DNA from: Chlorobiaceae bacterium
Lineage (GTDB): Bacteria > Bacteroidota > Chlorobiia > Chlorobiales > Chlorobiaceae
Direction: 5' to 3'
Assembly (NCBI GenBank): GCA_012972825.1
Contig: JABDHL010000026.1
Location: 40,019 to 104,018, forward strand
DNA length: 64,000 nt
Shown piece by piece: positions 36,653 to 48,243 of the stretch (position 1 is its first letter; each line of letters opens with the position of its first letter). Below the pieces are notes generated by a model. That model saw only the letters and a list, made by a program, of their open reading frames with translations. It did no database searches and was not told the origin of the DNA. A program made the translations under genes and the position numbers.

Positions 36653-39600
36653 TGTCCGAATACACCAATGTCGAACGCCCATTTCTTGATAAACTCAGTG
36701 AGTTGGGCTGGGAAGTGATAAACCATAATGAGCAATCACATTATGGCTTTAAACTTTACGGTCAAGAATATCCCATCGCCGCCGAGGAAAAAGGTGTCTA
36801 TGGAAAGAACATCGCATCGTTACATGGTATCCCCCAAGACCCGGCAATAAGCAAACGCGAGCATTTCAAGGAGACCATTCTCACCAATGAGTTCCGCGAC
36901 TCTCTCAAGCGCATCAACCTTACCGATGACGGACGATCCTGGCTTACTGAAAAACAGATTGACGATGTAGTGCGGGAGGTTATAACCCAGCCTGGTGTCG
37001 GGCTTCTCCAAGCCAACAAAACCATACACGAGCTTCTTACAAAAAACACCACAACGAACTTCAATGAACTGACCGGTGAACAGAGCCCTTTGGTGCGCTT
37101 GATAGATTTTCGCAATCCTGAGCGAAACAGCTTTATCGCAATTAATCAGTTCCGCATCGATACCCCCGGTGCGAGCCGCAACTCCATCATTCCCGATATA
37201 GTGCTTTTAGTTAATGGCCTCCCTTTTGTGGTCATCGAGTGCAAGGACAAGGATGTGGCAGAACCCTTGAGCGAGGCGTTTATTCAGATCAGCCGCTACG
37301 CCAACACCCGTGATGATGATTATGGCGTTAAAGAGGGTGAAGAGAAGCTTTTTCATGCGAACCTCTTCAGCATTATCACTCATGGCACTGAGGCGCGATT
37401 CGGTACCGTTACCGGCGAATTTGACCATTATCTGAACTGGAAAGACATTTTCCCGGAAGTTTATCGGACGATTCAAGTAAAACCCAATGAAGAGCGGCAG
37501 GAAGTCCTGATTCTCGGGATGCTCAACAAATCAATTCTGCTCGATATTCTCAAGAACTTTACCGTGTTCATGGAAATCAAAAAGGGTGAACTGGTAAAAA
37601 TCGTCAGTCGCTACCCTCAGTACCGTGCAGTGGGAAAAATTGTTGATCGCCTCCGAACCGGCAAAACCCCTTTTGAAAAAAGCGGTGTTGTATGGCATAC
37701 CCAAGGGTCAGGGAAATCACTTACCATGGTTTTTCTGGTTAAAAAGCTCCGAGATTGCGATGACCTTAAAGATTACAAGATCATTATGGTCAATGACCGG
37801 AACGATCTGGAAGACCAGCTCTCCGAAACCGCAGGCAATACCGGAGAAAGCGTTACCATAATCGAGCATCGCAGTGACCTTGACAAGCTGAAAACAACGA
37901 CGTCGAACCTGAACATGGTCATGCTGCATAAATTTCTCGCCCAGAATGGCGTTTCAGCTCAGTCGCTTATTGCCAGCGGCGTTGTGCCCAGGTTTGAAGA
38001 ATTCAAGACGATCAATGCCAGCGAACGCATACTCTTGTTGATAGACGAAGCGCATCGCACACAAGGCGGCGATATGGGCGACAACCTCTTTAACGGCTTT
38101 CCCAATGCCGTTAAAATTGCCTTTACCGGTACGCCACTTATGACCGAACGGCATAAGCAAACGACCTATGAACGTTTTGGTACGCCAATTGACACCTATA
38201 AGATGAATGAATCGGTAGCAGACCGGGCTACCGTTGATATCCTCTATATTGGTCGTACCAGTAAAGACCAGATTCTCAACAAAGAGCTGTTCAAACAGGA
38301 GTTTGAGGATATGTTCCGCGACCGTTCAGAAGAAGAGCGGCAGGAGATTCAAAAACGCTATGGCACCATGACGGCGTACCTTGAATCAAAAGACCGCATC
38401 AAGAAAATTGCCGAAGATATTATTGAGCACTACACTCAGGAGGTCTTGCCTAACGGGTTAAAAGCACAGGTTGTGGCTACTTCGATTGTGGCGGCATGTC
38501 GCTATAAATATGAACTTGATGAGGCAATCAAGGGAAGAATTGAAAATGAATTGTTAAAGCCTGCGACCGAGCGCGACGAAGAGCTGCTCAAACAAATGCA
38601 GTTCCTCAAAGTATGTGCTGTAGTAACCATGTCAGATAACAATGAACTTGGTTACATAACCCAGGCGCGGAGACATGCCTCTGAAATGGATGCGATAGAT
38701 AGTTTCAAAAAAGACTTTAACTTCGAAAAGCCTGAATCCGGCGTTGCGATACTCTGTGTCTGCGACCGCTTGTTGACCGGCTTTGATGCTCCGGTTGAGC
38801 AGGTCATGTATCTTGATAAAAACCTGCGCGAACATGATCTGATGCAGGCGATTGCGCGTGTCAATCGCACCAAGGTCATGAAAAGCGGCTATGTAAAGGA
38901 GCATGGCATTGTTGTTGATTATTTCGGTGTTGCGTCTCATTTGAAAACCGCACTCGCTATCTACACAACAACTGACGAAAAGGAATTTGCTGATTTAAGT
39001 GTCTATTTCAGGGGTCTGGATAAGGAGATACCGATTCTTGAATCGCGATTCAATCGCTTGCTTCAGTTATTTCAGGACTATGGCGTAAAGCAGATTGGAC
39101 AATATGTAAACCAGAAAATGGTTGATGAACAAGAGGAGTGGGAGCTTGTTGAGAACTGCGTGGCACTTGGTGCCGATGTAAAGTTTCGGGCGCAGTTTGA
39201 CACCTATATCAAAGCTTTTTTTGATAGCCTTGACCTGCTCTTCAATGCTTCAATGGCAAAAGATTACTATGTGCCCGCCAAACGTTTGGGATACCTTTTG
39301 ATGCGAATGCGCGACCGGTACAAAGATGAAACCCTTGATTTGAAATGGGCAGGGGCAAAGGTAAGGAAACTGATTGACAAATATCTGGAATCACAAGGGA
39401 TAAACCCGAAGATTCCGCCGGTAATGCTCTTGTCTGACGATTTCCCGAAAGCGCTTGATACACACAACAAATCAGGTAAAGCCAAGGCATCAGAGATGGA
39501 ACATGCGATCCGCTGGCATATAAAAGTCAACATGGACAAAGACCCTGCGCTCTATACCAAGTTCAATGAACGGCTGCAGCGAATACTTGATGCTCATAAA

Positions 39601-39984
39601 GAGCATTGGGATATTATTGTATCAGAGCTTACCAATTTACGCGATGATATCGGCAAAGGCCGAAAAGATGAAGCCAGTATAGTTGAAGTGCAAGTTGTTC
39701 CATTTTTTGATTTGATTGTCCTGGAGGCCGGTATCGACAAAACAGATGTCGATACCATGGGCAACACCGGTAGAATCGCAGGACTGATCTATGCACGTAT
39801 CAAAGAGTTTATCCTGATTCCAAATTGCTGGCAAAAGCATAATGAGGAACGGCAACTGGAGAGTGCGATAAGAGACGAGCTTGACTATTGCGGGATTGAT
39901 TCAATAAAAACGAAAGCCGCAAAACTTACAGCAGAATTAATCAGCCTTGCCGAAAAAAGACAATCAGAGATTCGCAACTCATGA
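36652..39984 (+). CDS. hsdR: type I restriction enzyme R subunit
   Basis: 1110 aa. PD-(D/E)xK region IPDIVLLVNGLPFVVIECKD, helicase motif I HTQGSGKSLTM and motif II LLIDEAHRTQ. Confidence 0.9.
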   Translation: MSEYTNVERPFLDKLSELGWEVINHNEQSHYGFKLYGQEYPIAAEEKGVYGKNIASLHGIPQDPAISKREHFKETILTNEFRDSLKRINLTDDGRSWLTEKQIDDVVREVITQPGVGLLQANKTIHELLTKNTTTNFNELTGEQSPLVRLIDFRNPERNSFIAINQFRIDTPGASRNSIIPDIVLLVNGLPFVVIECKDKDVAEPLSEAFIQISRYANTRDDDYGVKEGEEKLFHANLFSIITHGTEARFGTVTGEFDHYLNWKDIFPEVYRTIQVKPNEERQEVLILGMLNKSILLDILKNFTVFMEIKKGELVKIVSRYPQYRAVGKIVDRLRTGKTPFEKSGVVWHTQGSGKSLTMVFLVKKLRDCDDLKDYKIIMVNDRNDLEDQLSETAGNTGESVTIIEHRSDLDKLKTTTSNLNMVMLHKFLAQNGVSAQSLIASGVVPRFEEFKTINASERILLLIDEAHRTQGGDMGDNLFNGFPNAVKIAFTGTPLMTERHKQTTYERFGTPIDTYKMNESVADRATVDILYIGRTSKDQILNKELFKQEFEDMFRDRSEEERQEIQKRYGTMTAYLESKDRIKKIAEDIIEHYTQEVLPNGLKAQVVATSIVAACRYKYELDEAIKGRIENELLKPATERDEELLKQMQFLKVCAVVTMSDNNELGYITQARRHASEMDAIDSFKKDFNFEKPESGVAILCVCDRLLTGFDAPVEQVMYLDKNLREHDLMQAIARVNRTKVMKSGYVKEHGIVVDYFGVASHLKTALAIYTTTDEKEFADLSVYFRGLDKEIPILESRFNRLLQLFQDYGVKQIGQYVNQKMVDEQEEWELVENCVALGADVKFRAQFDTYIKAFFDSLDLLFNASMAKDYYVPAKRLGYLLMRMRDRYKDETLDLKWAGAKVRKLIDKYLESQGINPKIPPVMLLSDDFPKALDTHNKSGKAKASEMEHAIRWHIKVNMDKDPALYTKFNERLQRILDAHKEHWDIIVSELTNLRDDIGKGRKDEASIVEVQVVPFFDLIVLEAGIDKTDVDTMGNTGRIAGLIYARIKEFILIPNCWQKHNEERQLESAIRDELDYCGIDSIKTKAAKLTAELISLAEKRQSEIRNS

Positions 39985-40658
39985 TTGAGGACTATACGAT
40001 AGCGGTCAAACGCAGCAGGAGGAAGACCACCAGCATCTACATAGAGCGCGACGGCTCACTCTCTGTTCTTGTGCCTGAAAACACTCCTGATCAGGAGGTC
40101 GATGCTATCCTGAAAGCGAATGAGTATAAAATCCATAAATACCAGGCAAAACGGGAACTGCTGAACGAAAATGCAACAAAACGTGAGCCGGTAAACGGAC
40201 AATCGTTTCTCTATCTGGGCAGGAATTATTACCTGCAATACAATGGCGAGGCAAAAGAGATTGAATTCAAAGGGCGTTATTTTTATGCACCAGAAGGATC
40301 ACGTGAAACGCTGAATGGCTTGTTCAAAGAGTTTTATCGGAAACGTGGCCACAAATTTATCCGCCCTCGGGTTCAGAAGCGCGCTGAACAGATGGGATTG
40401 AACATTGATGAGATTTCGATTCTGGATTTAAAGACCAGATGGGCTTCCTGCTCCGATAAAAAACGGAAAGTCAATTTTCACTGGAAAGTCATGATGGCTC
40501 CTGCAAGCGTCATTAATTACCTGATCGTTCATGAATTGTGTCACTTTAAACACAAAAGGCATAACGCAGAATTCTGGAATGAGGTTGATAAATACTATCC
40601 CGATTATCAAAAACAGGTGGCCTGGTTGAAGGTATATGGGGCAACACTTGAGATATAG
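39981..40658 (+). CDS. M48-family (YgjP/DUF45-like) zinc metallopeptidase
   Basis: 225 aa with HExxH in LIVHELCHFKHKRHNAEFW. ATGA overlap with hsdR. Confidence 0.75.
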   Translation: MIEDYTIAVKRSRRKTTSIYIERDGSLSVLVPENTPDQEVDAILKANEYKIHKYQAKRELLNENATKREPVNGQSFLYLGRNYYLQYNGEAKEIEFKGRYFYAPEGSRETLNGLFKEFYRKRGHKFIRPRVQKRAEQMGLNIDEISILDLKTRWASCSDKKRKVNFHWKVMMAPASVINYLIVHELCHFKHKRHNAEFWNEVDKYYPDYQKQVAWLKVYGATLEI

Positions 40659-40670
40659 TGGGATAGTGTT

Positions 40671-40724
40671 ATGGGACAGATGAGACTGATGGGGCTGATG
40701 AGACCTATAGGACTTATATAAGAC
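40671..40724. repeat. short dispersed repeat containing CCTATAGGACT (also readable as mini-ORF MGQMRLMGLMRPIGLI)
   Basis: The CCTATAGGACT core is shared with 45128-45138. Related ATAGGTCNTATAGG units occur at 45104 and 60317. Confidence 0.5.
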
Positions 40725-41022
40725 GGGGCTTGGGGGGGAAAGAGAAAATAGATCCCTCACTGCGTGTCGGGATGACAAGGTTTGAAATTTTTGATGAGAA
40801 GAGGAGGCTGCCACATCAGGGTTGCGTTTTGGTCATGTCCTTGTAAAACTCATGATAAAGACTGATCTTCACTGTACAGGTCGACTTCCGCAGTCTCAGG
40901 CGGGCTGAGAATAACTGAAAACAAGCACAGTTACTCTATTGCTAACTTCCAATAAAAGAAGATATTATGTAATAACAAGCAACACTGTTCGGATTGGAAA
41001 CGGAAAATCATTGAAGGTCAAG

Positions 41023-41496
41023 GTGGCGAAAAAACAACATGTTCAGCAATACGTACAGGCCATTCAGAACAGAAAGGCCCGTTTTGAATTTGAGATTCTC
41101 GATACCATTGTTGCCGGCATCCAGCTTTTCGGCAGCGAGGTGAAATCAGTGCGCCTTGGAAAGGCCAGCCTCAGCGACAGCTTTGCCATTATCCATCATA
41201 ACGAGGTGTGGCTTGAAAACATGCAGATCACTCCCTACGAGCATAACCATATTGAAATGCTTGAACCGAAACGGAGCCGGAAACTGCTGCTGCACAAAGA
41301 TGAAATCCGGAAAATTCTTACAAAGATCAATGAAAAGGGATTGACACTGGTGCCTTTGAAAGCTTTTTTCAATTCGAAAGGGCTGCTCAAGATTGACCTT
41401 GCCATAGCCAAAGGCAAAAAGCTCTACGACAAGCGGGAAACAATTAAAAATAGGGAAAACCAGCGGCAGATGGAGCAGATCAAAAAACAATACTAA
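41023..41496 (+). CDS. smpB: SsrA-binding protein
   Basis: I prefer GTG 41023 ([10 protein letters not shown]…[29 protein letters not shown]…), giving ~157 aa, the normal SmpB size. The track ORF starts at 40939. Confidence 0.85.
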   Translation: MAKKQHVQQYVQAIQNRKARFEFEILDTIVAGIQLFGSEVKSVRLGKASLSDSFAIIHHNEVWLENMQITPYEHNHIEMLEPKRSRKLLLHKDEIRKILTKINEKGLTLVPLKAFFNSKGLLKIDLAIAKGKKLYDKRETIKNRENQRQMEQIKKQY

Positions 41497-41514
41497 ACCA
41501 AAAACCTGGAATCC

Positions 41515-42732
41515 ATGCGTTTTCCGACTGTACAGGAACAGCTTGATATTATTGTCGGCAATGTGGTTGAAATTATCAGCGTCGATGAACTTGAACAAAA
41601 ACTTCTCCAGAGCCTGAAAACCTGCAAACCGCTTAAGATTAAACTCGGTGCAGATCCTTCGCGACCTGATTTGCATCTGGGGCACTCGGTTGTTCTGAGG
41701 AAACTCAGGGAGTTTCAGGATCTTGGGCATGAAGCCATTCTGATTATAGGCGACTTTACCGCCATGATCGGCGACCCCTCGGGAAAAAGCAAAACAAGAC
41801 CGCAGCTCTCAGCTGAAGAGGCGAGGGAAAACGGTTTAAGCTACTTCGACCAGGCCTCGAAAATTCTTGACCCAGAAAAAACAACCATCTGCTATAATGC
41901 CGACTGGCTCGGGAAAATGAGTTTTGCCGATGTCATAAAACTTTCAAGCCACTACACTGTTGCTCGGATGCTTGAGCGTGATGACTTCGAAAAGCGGTAT
42001 CGTGCCCAGGAACCTATTTCTATTCACGAGTTTCTCTATCCCCTTGCCCAGGGCATGGATTCAGTACACCTGAAAAACGATGTTGAACTCGGCGGAACCG
42101 ATCAGAAATTCAACCTCCTTGTCGGCAGAGATCTCCAGAGGGAGTATGGAATAGCTCCTCAGGTATGCATTACCATGCCGCTGCTTGTCGGCACTGACGG
42201 TAAGGAGAAGATGTCAAAATCGCTCGGCAATGCCATCTGTTTCAATGACTCACCTGCCGATATGTATGGCAAATCGCTTTCAATTCCTGATACGCTCATT
42301 GAGACCTACTGCAAACTTCTGATACCACGGAACGAGGCAGGTGCAGCTGAAATCCTTGAACAGATGGAAGCAGAACCGAGAGCTGCCAAACGGGCTCTGG
42401 CAAAAAAAATTGCAGCGCTTTACTATTCAGAAGAGGATGCAGAAGGGGCTGAAACCCACTTCGATCAGGTTTTTATTCACAAGAAAGCTCCGGATACGCT
42501 TGAACTTCTTGAATTTGACGAACCATCAATGCCGATCATCAACCTTCTGATCACCCTTGGAGCTGCAGTCTCAAAAAGTGAGGCACGAAGAATGATTGAT
42601 CAGAAATCGGTGCTTGTGGGCGATAGAAAAGTTGAAGAGATCAATGAGGCAATTGATCTTGAAATTGAACCAAAAATCATCAGAGTCGGAAAAAGAAAAT
42701 TTTTTAAAGTGGCTATAAGAAAAACATTTTGA
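41515..42732 (+). CDS. tyrS: tyrosyl-tRNA synthetase
   Basis: 405 aa. HIGH-type motif [16 protein letters not shown] motif (KMSKSLGN) and a C-terminal S4-like domain. Confidence 0.9.
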   Translation: MRFPTVQEQLDIIVGNVVEIISVDELEQKLLQSLKTCKPLKIKLGADPSRPDLHLGHSVVLRKLREFQDLGHEAILIIGDFTAMIGDPSGKSKTRPQLSAEEARENGLSYFDQASKILDPEKTTICYNADWLGKMSFADVIKLSSHYTVARMLERDDFEKRYRAQEPISIHEFLYPLAQGMDSVHLKNDVELGGTDQKFNLLVGRDLQREYGIAPQVCITMPLLVGTDGKEKMSKSLGNAICFNDSPADMYGKSLSIPDTLIETYCKLLIPRNEAGAAEILEQMEAEPRAAKRALAKKIAALYYSEEDAEGAETHFDQVFIHKKAPDTLELLEFDEPSMPIINLLITLGAAVSKSEARRMIDQKSVLVGDRKVEEINEAIDLEIEPKIIRVGKRKFFKVAIRKTF

Positions 42733-42812
42733 ATACCACCTCTTTTTCCTATAATTCGTCAATTTCGAACCTGTAAACGATTTGAGCAACACCTAAATCC
42801 GGAGGCACTGCA

Positions 42813-43358
42813 TTGTCATTTGTCCCATCAAAAGTTTTTTTCACCAAAGGTGTGGGAAGGCACAAAGAATATCTCTCATCATTTGAGCTTGCCCTGAGAG
42901 AGGCCAAAATTGAAAAATGCAATCTGGTTACAGTATCAAGTATTTACCCTCCTCACTGTGAACGCATCACGGTCGAAGAAGGCCTGAAACATCTCGCTCC
43001 AGGTCAGATCACCTTTGCGGTCATGGCTCGTAATTCAACCAATGAATACAATCGGCTTATTGCGGCTTCAGTCGGCGTTGCCATTCCCGCTGATGAAACG
43101 CAGTATGGCTATCTGTCGGAACACCATCCGTTCGGGGAATCTGCAGAGCATTCCGGAGAGTATGCAGAAGATCTGGCAGCAACAATGCTGGCCACTACCC
43201 TTGGAATAGAGTTTGATCCAAACAAGGACTGGGATGAGCGTGAGGGTATTTATAAAATGAGCGGCAAAATTATTAACTCCTACAACATCACCCAGACTGC
43301 CGAAGGTGAAAACGGCCTTTGGACAACGGTCATTTCGTGCGCCGTTCTCCTGCCGTGA
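42813..43358 (+). CDS. pdaD: pyruvoyl-dependent arginine decarboxylase
   Basis: 181 aa with a TTG start 8 nt after [28 protein letters not shown] and VTVSSIYPP are typical of PdaD. Confidence 0.8.
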   Translation: MSFVPSKVFFTKGVGRHKEYLSSFELALREAKIEKCNLVTVSSIYPPHCERITVEEGLKHLAPGQITFAVMARNSTNEYNRLIAASVGVAIPADETQYGYLSEHHPFGESAEHSGEYAEDLAATMLATTLGIEFDPNKDWDEREGIYKMSGKIINSYNITQTAEGENGLWTTVISCAVLLP

Positions 43359-43397
43359 TGAGGTTACACAATCGCATTCCGCATAAGAAAGCTTGCT

Positions 43398-43437
43398 AAA
43401 CGGGGAAGAGGCAGACTATTGCCCTATTCCCCGTTTG
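43398..43437 (+). terminator. strong hairpin after pdaD (terminator candidate, no U-tract)
   Basis: AAACGGGGAA … TTCCCCGTTT, a 10-bp perfect stem. Confidence 0.4.
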
Positions 43438-43495
43438 CAGTTAAAGAGGTTCAAGATACCACAGAATAACCTTTAATAAACGATGCACCACGGTT

Positions 43496-45091
43496 ATGAC
43501 TGAATCAATAAAAACAGATGTTCTGGTCATCGGCAGCGGTATTGGCGGACTTTATTTCGCTATTCACATGGCCGACCACGCCAAAGTCACAATCATCACT
43601 AAAAAGGAAAGTTCCACATCCAATACCAACTGGGCCCAGGGAGGTATCGCTGCTACCATTGATGACAACGACAGCGCCGAACTTCATATTGCTGATACCC
43701 TCGAAGCCGGTGCCGGGCTATGCAATGAGGAAATGGTCTCGCTTATGGTCAGGGAAGGCCCTCAGCACATAAAGCGACTTACAGAACTGGGTGTCAACTT
43801 TACAACCTCAGACCACAACAATCTGCACCTCGGCAAAGAGGGCGGCCACTCCAGGAGCAGAATTGTCCACGCACATGACTTGACCGGAAAAGAGGTTGAA
43901 TCTGCACTGCTCAATCGTATCAACAACCATCCCAATATCACCCTGCTTGAGCACCATTTTGCTATTGAGCTGCTTACAGAGCATCACCTGGGAATCAAAA
44001 CAAACGATATCAGCTGTTACGGGGCCTACGTTCTTGACTCAATGCAGCGCCGTCCGAAAAAAATTCTCGCAAAAATCACCATGCTGGCATCCGGCGGCCT
44101 GGGACATGTCTATCCTTACACAACCAACCCTGAAATTGCGACCGGAGATGGTGTGGCTATGGGGTATCGGGCCGGAGCTGAGATTGCCAATATGGAGTTT
44201 ATCCAGTTTCATCCAACCTCCCTCTACCATCCGAAAGCCAAATCATTTCTGATTTCCGAGGCTGTCAGGGGATTCGGAGGAGTATTGAAACTGAAAAACG
44301 GTCAGGAATTCATGCACAAATATGACAAACGTCAGAATCTTGCACCTAGGGATATTGTCGCCCGTGCCATTGACTCGGAAATCAAAAAAAGCGGTGAGGA
44401 TTGTGTTTTCCTTGATGTAACGCTTATCGATCCGGAAAAAACAAAGGAACATTTTCCCAATATCTACGAGACCTGTCTCAGCTTCGGCATTGATATGACC
44501 AGAGAGATGATCCCCGTTGTCCCTGCCGCACATTATTCCTGCGGAGGCTTACGTACAGACGATATGGGACGAACCACCATCAACCGTCTCTATGCCTGCG
44601 GAGAGACCAGTTGTACCGGGGTTCACGGGGCAAACCGTCTTGCAAGTAACTCTCTGCTTGAAGCTCTTGTTTTTGCCTGGAGAGCATGCGGCGATATCCG
44701 CGAACAACTTTACAAATTAAACAATACCGTCGATTTTCCTGATTGGGACGATACAGGAACGGTCAATCCCGAGGAGTGGATTCTTGTCTCACACAACAAG
44801 CGGGAAGCACAGCAGGTCATGAACGATTATGTCGGTATAGTGCGAAGCGACCTCAGACTCCAGCGGGCGAAAAGAAGAATTGACTTCCTTAAAGAGGAAA
44901 CTGAGTCCTACTTTAAAAAGACTAAAATCACGACACAGATCCTCGAACTGAGAAACATTATCAAGGTGGCAAACCTTATCATCGAGAGCGCCATAAAACG
45001 CCGCGAATCAAGAGGATTGCACTTCACAACCGATTATCCGGTGAAAGATGACAAACATTTTTTGATTGACACGGTTTTGAGGTCGTTTTGA
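43496..45091 (+). CDS. nadB: L-aspartate oxidase
   Basis: 531 aa. FAD-binding VIGSGIGGL, plus HPTSL, GGL(R)TD and [13 protein letters not shown] segments. Confidence 0.9.
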   Translation: MTESIKTDVLVIGSGIGGLYFAIHMADHAKVTIITKKESSTSNTNWAQGGIAATIDDNDSAELHIADTLEAGAGLCNEEMVSLMVREGPQHIKRLTELGVNFTTSDHNNLHLGKEGGHSRSRIVHAHDLTGKEVESALLNRINNHPNITLLEHHFAIELLTEHHLGIKTNDISCYGAYVLDSMQRRPKKILAKITMLASGGLGHVYPYTTNPEIATGDGVAMGYRAGAEIANMEFIQFHPTSLYHPKAKSFLISEAVRGFGGVLKLKNGQEFMHKYDKRQNLAPRDIVARAIDSEIKKSGEDCVFLDVTLIDPEKTKEHFPNIYETCLSFGIDMTREMIPVVPAAHYSCGGLRTDDMGRTTINRLYACGETSCTGVHGANRLASNSLLEALVFAWRACGDIREQLYKLNNTVDFPDWDDTGTVNPEEWILVSHNKREAQQVMNDYVGIVRSDLRLQRAKRRIDFLKEETESYFKKTKITTQILELRNIIKVANLIIESAIKRRESRGLHFTTDYPVKDDKHFLIDTVLRSF

Positions 45092-45102
45092 AAAAAGAGA
45101 AG

Positions 45103-45142
45103 CATAGGTCTTATAGGGCCTATGGTACCTATAGGACTCATA
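45103..45142. repeat. imperfect palindromic repeat between convergent nadB and nadE (likely bidirectional terminator)
   Basis: ATAGGTCTTATAGG … CCTATAGGACTCAT. The arms match at 11/14 positions by hand. It belongs to the same unit family as 40704 and 60317. Confidence 0.5.
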
Positions 45143-45149
45143 TTTTGGG

Positions 45150-45983
45150 CTACTTAACCTCCTGCCAGTCTCTGGCGTAGCGGAAATCTATACCTGGGGT
45201 TCGGCCTGAAATTTTGGCAATGACCGGCATCATTCTTTTGTACTGGTTTCGGACAACCAACTTCCTGACTCTGTCATAGAAGGATTCAGGAACACCTTTA
45301 TTGAGCACAGTCTGTTTATCCATTCTCTTTTCGAGCATCATATAGAGCAGCAGATCAACGGCTTCATAGCTGAAACCGAGGTCATCCTCATCACTCTGTC
45401 CTTCCCAGAGATCAGCTGAAGGAGCTTTGACAATCAGTTCTTCAGGTATGCCAAGATGACGAGCAAGACCCCTTATCTGGGTTTTATAGAGATCGCCTAT
45501 TGGATTGACTGCAGAGGCCATATCACCGAACATGGTACCATAACCGAGGAGTAACTCTGTTTTATTGCTTGTTCCGGCAACAAGCCGGCCGTCTCTTGCT
45601 GAAACATCATAGAGAAAAACCATTCTTGTACGGGCCATGATGTTCCCCCTTCTCAGCAGCTGATCAGACGGTATTGTCGAGAAAAAAGCGTCCACCACCG
45701 GAGTTATGGAAATCTCTTCAGCCCGTATGCCATGCTTCCGTATCATCAGATCAGCATGCTCGATGCTTTCAGGACTGCTGGTTGCATAGGGCATCATGAG
45801 AGCGAGGACATTGCCTGCACCAAGCGCACGAACGGAAAGTTCACACACCACCGCTGAATCTATTCCACCTGAAAGGCCAAGCACAATCGAGTTGAACCCG
45901 AACTTACGTATCTCATTGACAAGAAAGGCCTTGAGAATATCTTCAACAATACCGTAATCGAGATGGAGATCCTGAACCTTCAT
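45150..45983 (-). CDS. nadE: NAD+ synthetase
   Basis: 277 aa with the PP-loop [11 protein letters not shown]. Confidence 0.88.
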   Translation of the reverse strand: MKVQDLHLDYGIVEDILKAFLVNEIRKFGFNSIVLGLSGGIDSAVVCELSVRALGAGNVLALMMPYATSSPESIEHADLMIRKHGIRAEEISITPVVDAFFSTIPSDQLLRRGNIMARTRMVFLYDVSARDGRLVAGTSNKTELLLGYGTMFGDMASAVNPIGDLYKTQIRGLARHLGIPEELIVKAPSADLWEGQSDEDDLGFSYEAVDLLLYMMLEKRMDKQTVLNKGVPESFYDRVRKLVVRNQYKRMMPVIAKISGRTPGIDFRYARDWQEVK

Positions 45984-45996
45984 AATGTGAGGCCAT

Positions 45997-46551
45997 CTAA
46001 AAGTTGAACAACCGCATGACAGCCCTGATCAGCAGAAAAACCGAAGTATTGACCGTCACTACAAAAAACGCTGTATTTCGCAATGCGTTGTCGGTAACGC
46101 CGGAAGCGAAATCAAGCATAACCGCCAAACCGGTTTTACCGATCACAAGAGCATAGACAAGAGCAAAAAAGGCAAAAAGCCAGCTCCAGCTGCCGGTAAA
46201 GTAGAGAAGCTCGAAGAGCCATACAGGAGTCATAGAATAACAGAAAACCGTTAATATTCCGTCTTTTATATGCTCAGAACGTTCCCGCGCGAGTAAATAA
46301 GCCGACCCTCCCATCATAAGATAGAGCGCGGCAATATCGATCAAAAAGTTCGCTATGGCAAAAATCATAGCCTGACGGGGCAGACCTATCAAAGGAAACT
46401 TTGCGAGCTGCACGAGAGCAATAACGGGAACGGCATAATCCCTGAGCACATTAAACTCATCGCCTGCTGCTCCTTCTTTAAGATCTTTCCAAAATTTCGG
46501 ATATTGAAACAACAGCGAAAAAATCGCTGAAAAAAGTTCTTTCACTCCCAT
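45997..46551 (-). CDS. Yip1-domain-like membrane protein
   Basis: 184 aa with about 5 TM helices. The family assignment is from general resemblance only. Confidence 0.45.
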   Translation of the reverse strand: MGVKELFSAIFSLLFQYPKFWKDLKEGAAGDEFNVLRDYAVPVIALVQLAKFPLIGLPRQAMIFAIANFLIDIAALYLMMGGSAYLLARERSEHIKDGILTVFCYSMTPVWLFELLYFTGSWSWLFAFFALVYALVIGKTGLAVMLDFASGVTDNALRNTAFFVVTVNTSVFLLIRAVMRLFNF

Positions 46552-46556
46552 AATAA

Positions 46557-48047
46557 TTATTGCCTAAGCCATTTTTCAGGATTCAGCTTGACACGGCCTT
46601 TCCATATCTCAAAATGAACAACTGAGCCTTCCGCCAATTTTCCAGAAAGTCCTACAAGCTGCTGAGATTTAATAAGATCGTCCTTGACCACATATAATTG
46701 GCCCAGATTAGCGTAAACGGTAAGGTATGATTTAGGATGCCGTATAATCACAACATTGCCGAAGGTCGGAAGAAATGCAATCTGAACGACTCTACCCCCA
46801 GAAACAGCTCTGACCTGAGTATTGGCAGGAACGGTTATATCAATACCGTTATTGTTTGTAACAATTTTCAGATCCTTATCCTCTACAGATCCAAATTTGC
46901 GTGCGACAATACCGTTCCGTACAGGCCAGGGAAGCGAACCAAGAGCATTGTCAAAATCCGCAGAAACCTTTTCCAGCTCACTTAACCCCTCTTCCTGCAC
47001 AGTGGCAACACTCTCTTTTTCAGATATTCTGGTCTCAGTTGTTACCGGCTGTTTCGTTTCTTTTTTAGCTGTTACGGGTTCCTGGAAGCCAGGTTTTTCG
47101 TATTGTGTTTTACTGCGTCTCGCTTCACGCTGCTTTTCTTCCTGCCGCTGCGCCTCTCGTTGCCTTGCTTCAGCTCTCTGTGCTTCACGGCGCTTTGCCT
47201 CAACTTTTTTCTGCTGCCGAATCTTTTCAACTTCCACTGCCCGCTGTTCAGCAAGAATAAGAGACTCTATCCGTGATTGCAGTTGTACACGTTTTTTCTG
47301 GACGCCAGCAAGTTGTGCAGCGTATTCCTGTTTGTTTTTCTTCAGGCGATCAAGCACCACTTCTTTTTCTTTTTTACTGGTCGACCAGCTTTTCAACTGC
47401 TGTTCCTGCTCCTTGACCATTTCAGCTTTTTGCTGATAGGTTTGCTCTAGTGCAAGACGGTTGTTTTCGAGCTTCCGGGCCGCCTTCTGCAATTCATCAA
47501 CATTGTGACGCACAGCCCTGGTAAAAAAACCCATATATTGTATACGCATAATGGCTTTATTTACAGAACCGGATGCAAAAACATGCTCAATATCTCGAGT
47601 TCCTCCATATTTATAGACTGAAACAGCCGTTCTCCGGAAGTCTTCGGAAACCCTGCCGTAAATCTGGCGATTACCCTCAAGTTCATGCTGCTGCCGATCG
47701 ATATCCCTGTCAAGTTTTTCGAGATAGTGCTGATTTTCGCTGATAATTTTTTCAAGCATGAGAATCTGTGTACGAATATTCTCAAGTGCCTTAAAAGACT
47801 GCGATTCTTTACGCGTTGTCAAGTTCAGTTTTGACTGGTACTCATTAAGCTGTTGTTTGAGTACAGCGAGATTCTGCTCTATCGCTGTCCGCTCTTTCTT
47901 GATTCTTGATATCTCACTGTTTATCCGGGGAGCAGCAATGACGATGAAATGATTACATAACAGAAACGGCAGCAACAGAAAGAGTAACACCAATAACGAC
48001 CTCCGAAAGAAAAGATGGAACCGGCCGGGTGAAACGATAACAATCAT
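46557..48047 (-). CDS. M23-family peptidase with an N-terminal coiled coil (EnvC-like)
   Basis: 496 aa. TM/signal segment, long coiled coil, charged KRREAQRAEARQREAQRQEEKQREARR tract and a C-terminal LytM domain (GIDITVP…VVIIRHP…HFEIW). Confidence 0.8.
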   Translation of the reverse strand: MIVIVSPGRFHLFFRRSLLVLLFLLLPFLLCNHFIVIAAPRINSEISRIKKERTAIEQNLAVLKQQLNEYQSKLNLTTRKESQSFKALENIRTQILMLEKIISENQHYLEKLDRDIDRQQHELEGNRQIYGRVSEDFRRTAVSVYKYGGTRDIEHVFASGSVNKAIMRIQYMGFFTRAVRHNVDELQKAARKLENNRLALEQTYQQKAEMVKEQEQQLKSWSTSKKEKEVVLDRLKKNKQEYAAQLAGVQKKRVQLQSRIESLILAEQRAVEVEKIRQQKKVEAKRREAQRAEARQREAQRQEEKQREARRSKTQYEKPGFQEPVTAKKETKQPVTTETRISEKESVATVQEEGLSELEKVSADFDNALGSLPWPVRNGIVARKFGSVEDKDLKIVTNNNGIDITVPANTQVRAVSGGRVVQIAFLPTFGNVVIIRHPKSYLTVYANLGQLYVVKDDLIKSQQLVGLSGKLAEGSVVHFEIWKGRVKLNPEKWLRQ

Positions 48048-48243
48048 TGAAAATCCTCGATCTTATATTCAGCCGCTTTGCCAGAAAGCGGCGCCGCATA
48101 AAACATAGACAAACGTTATAATAACTTCAGTTCAAGGTAAAGGATAAAAACCTTTTCTTCGCAAACGGTTCGAAAAAAAATAATTTGTTTTTCATGACCC
48201 GAAATAATTGTAAATATCGGTTTTTTCATAAGAGCACCATTTC

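Noticed and set aside
40690-41020. Possible tmRNA (ssrA) next to smpB, because of GGGGCTGATGAGACC at 40691.
   Set aside because: No tRNA-like 3' end (T-arm GGTTCGAATCC… / …CCACCA region) or tag-ORF structure is found within 400 nt. The GGGGCTGA match belongs to the short PIGLI-type repeat.
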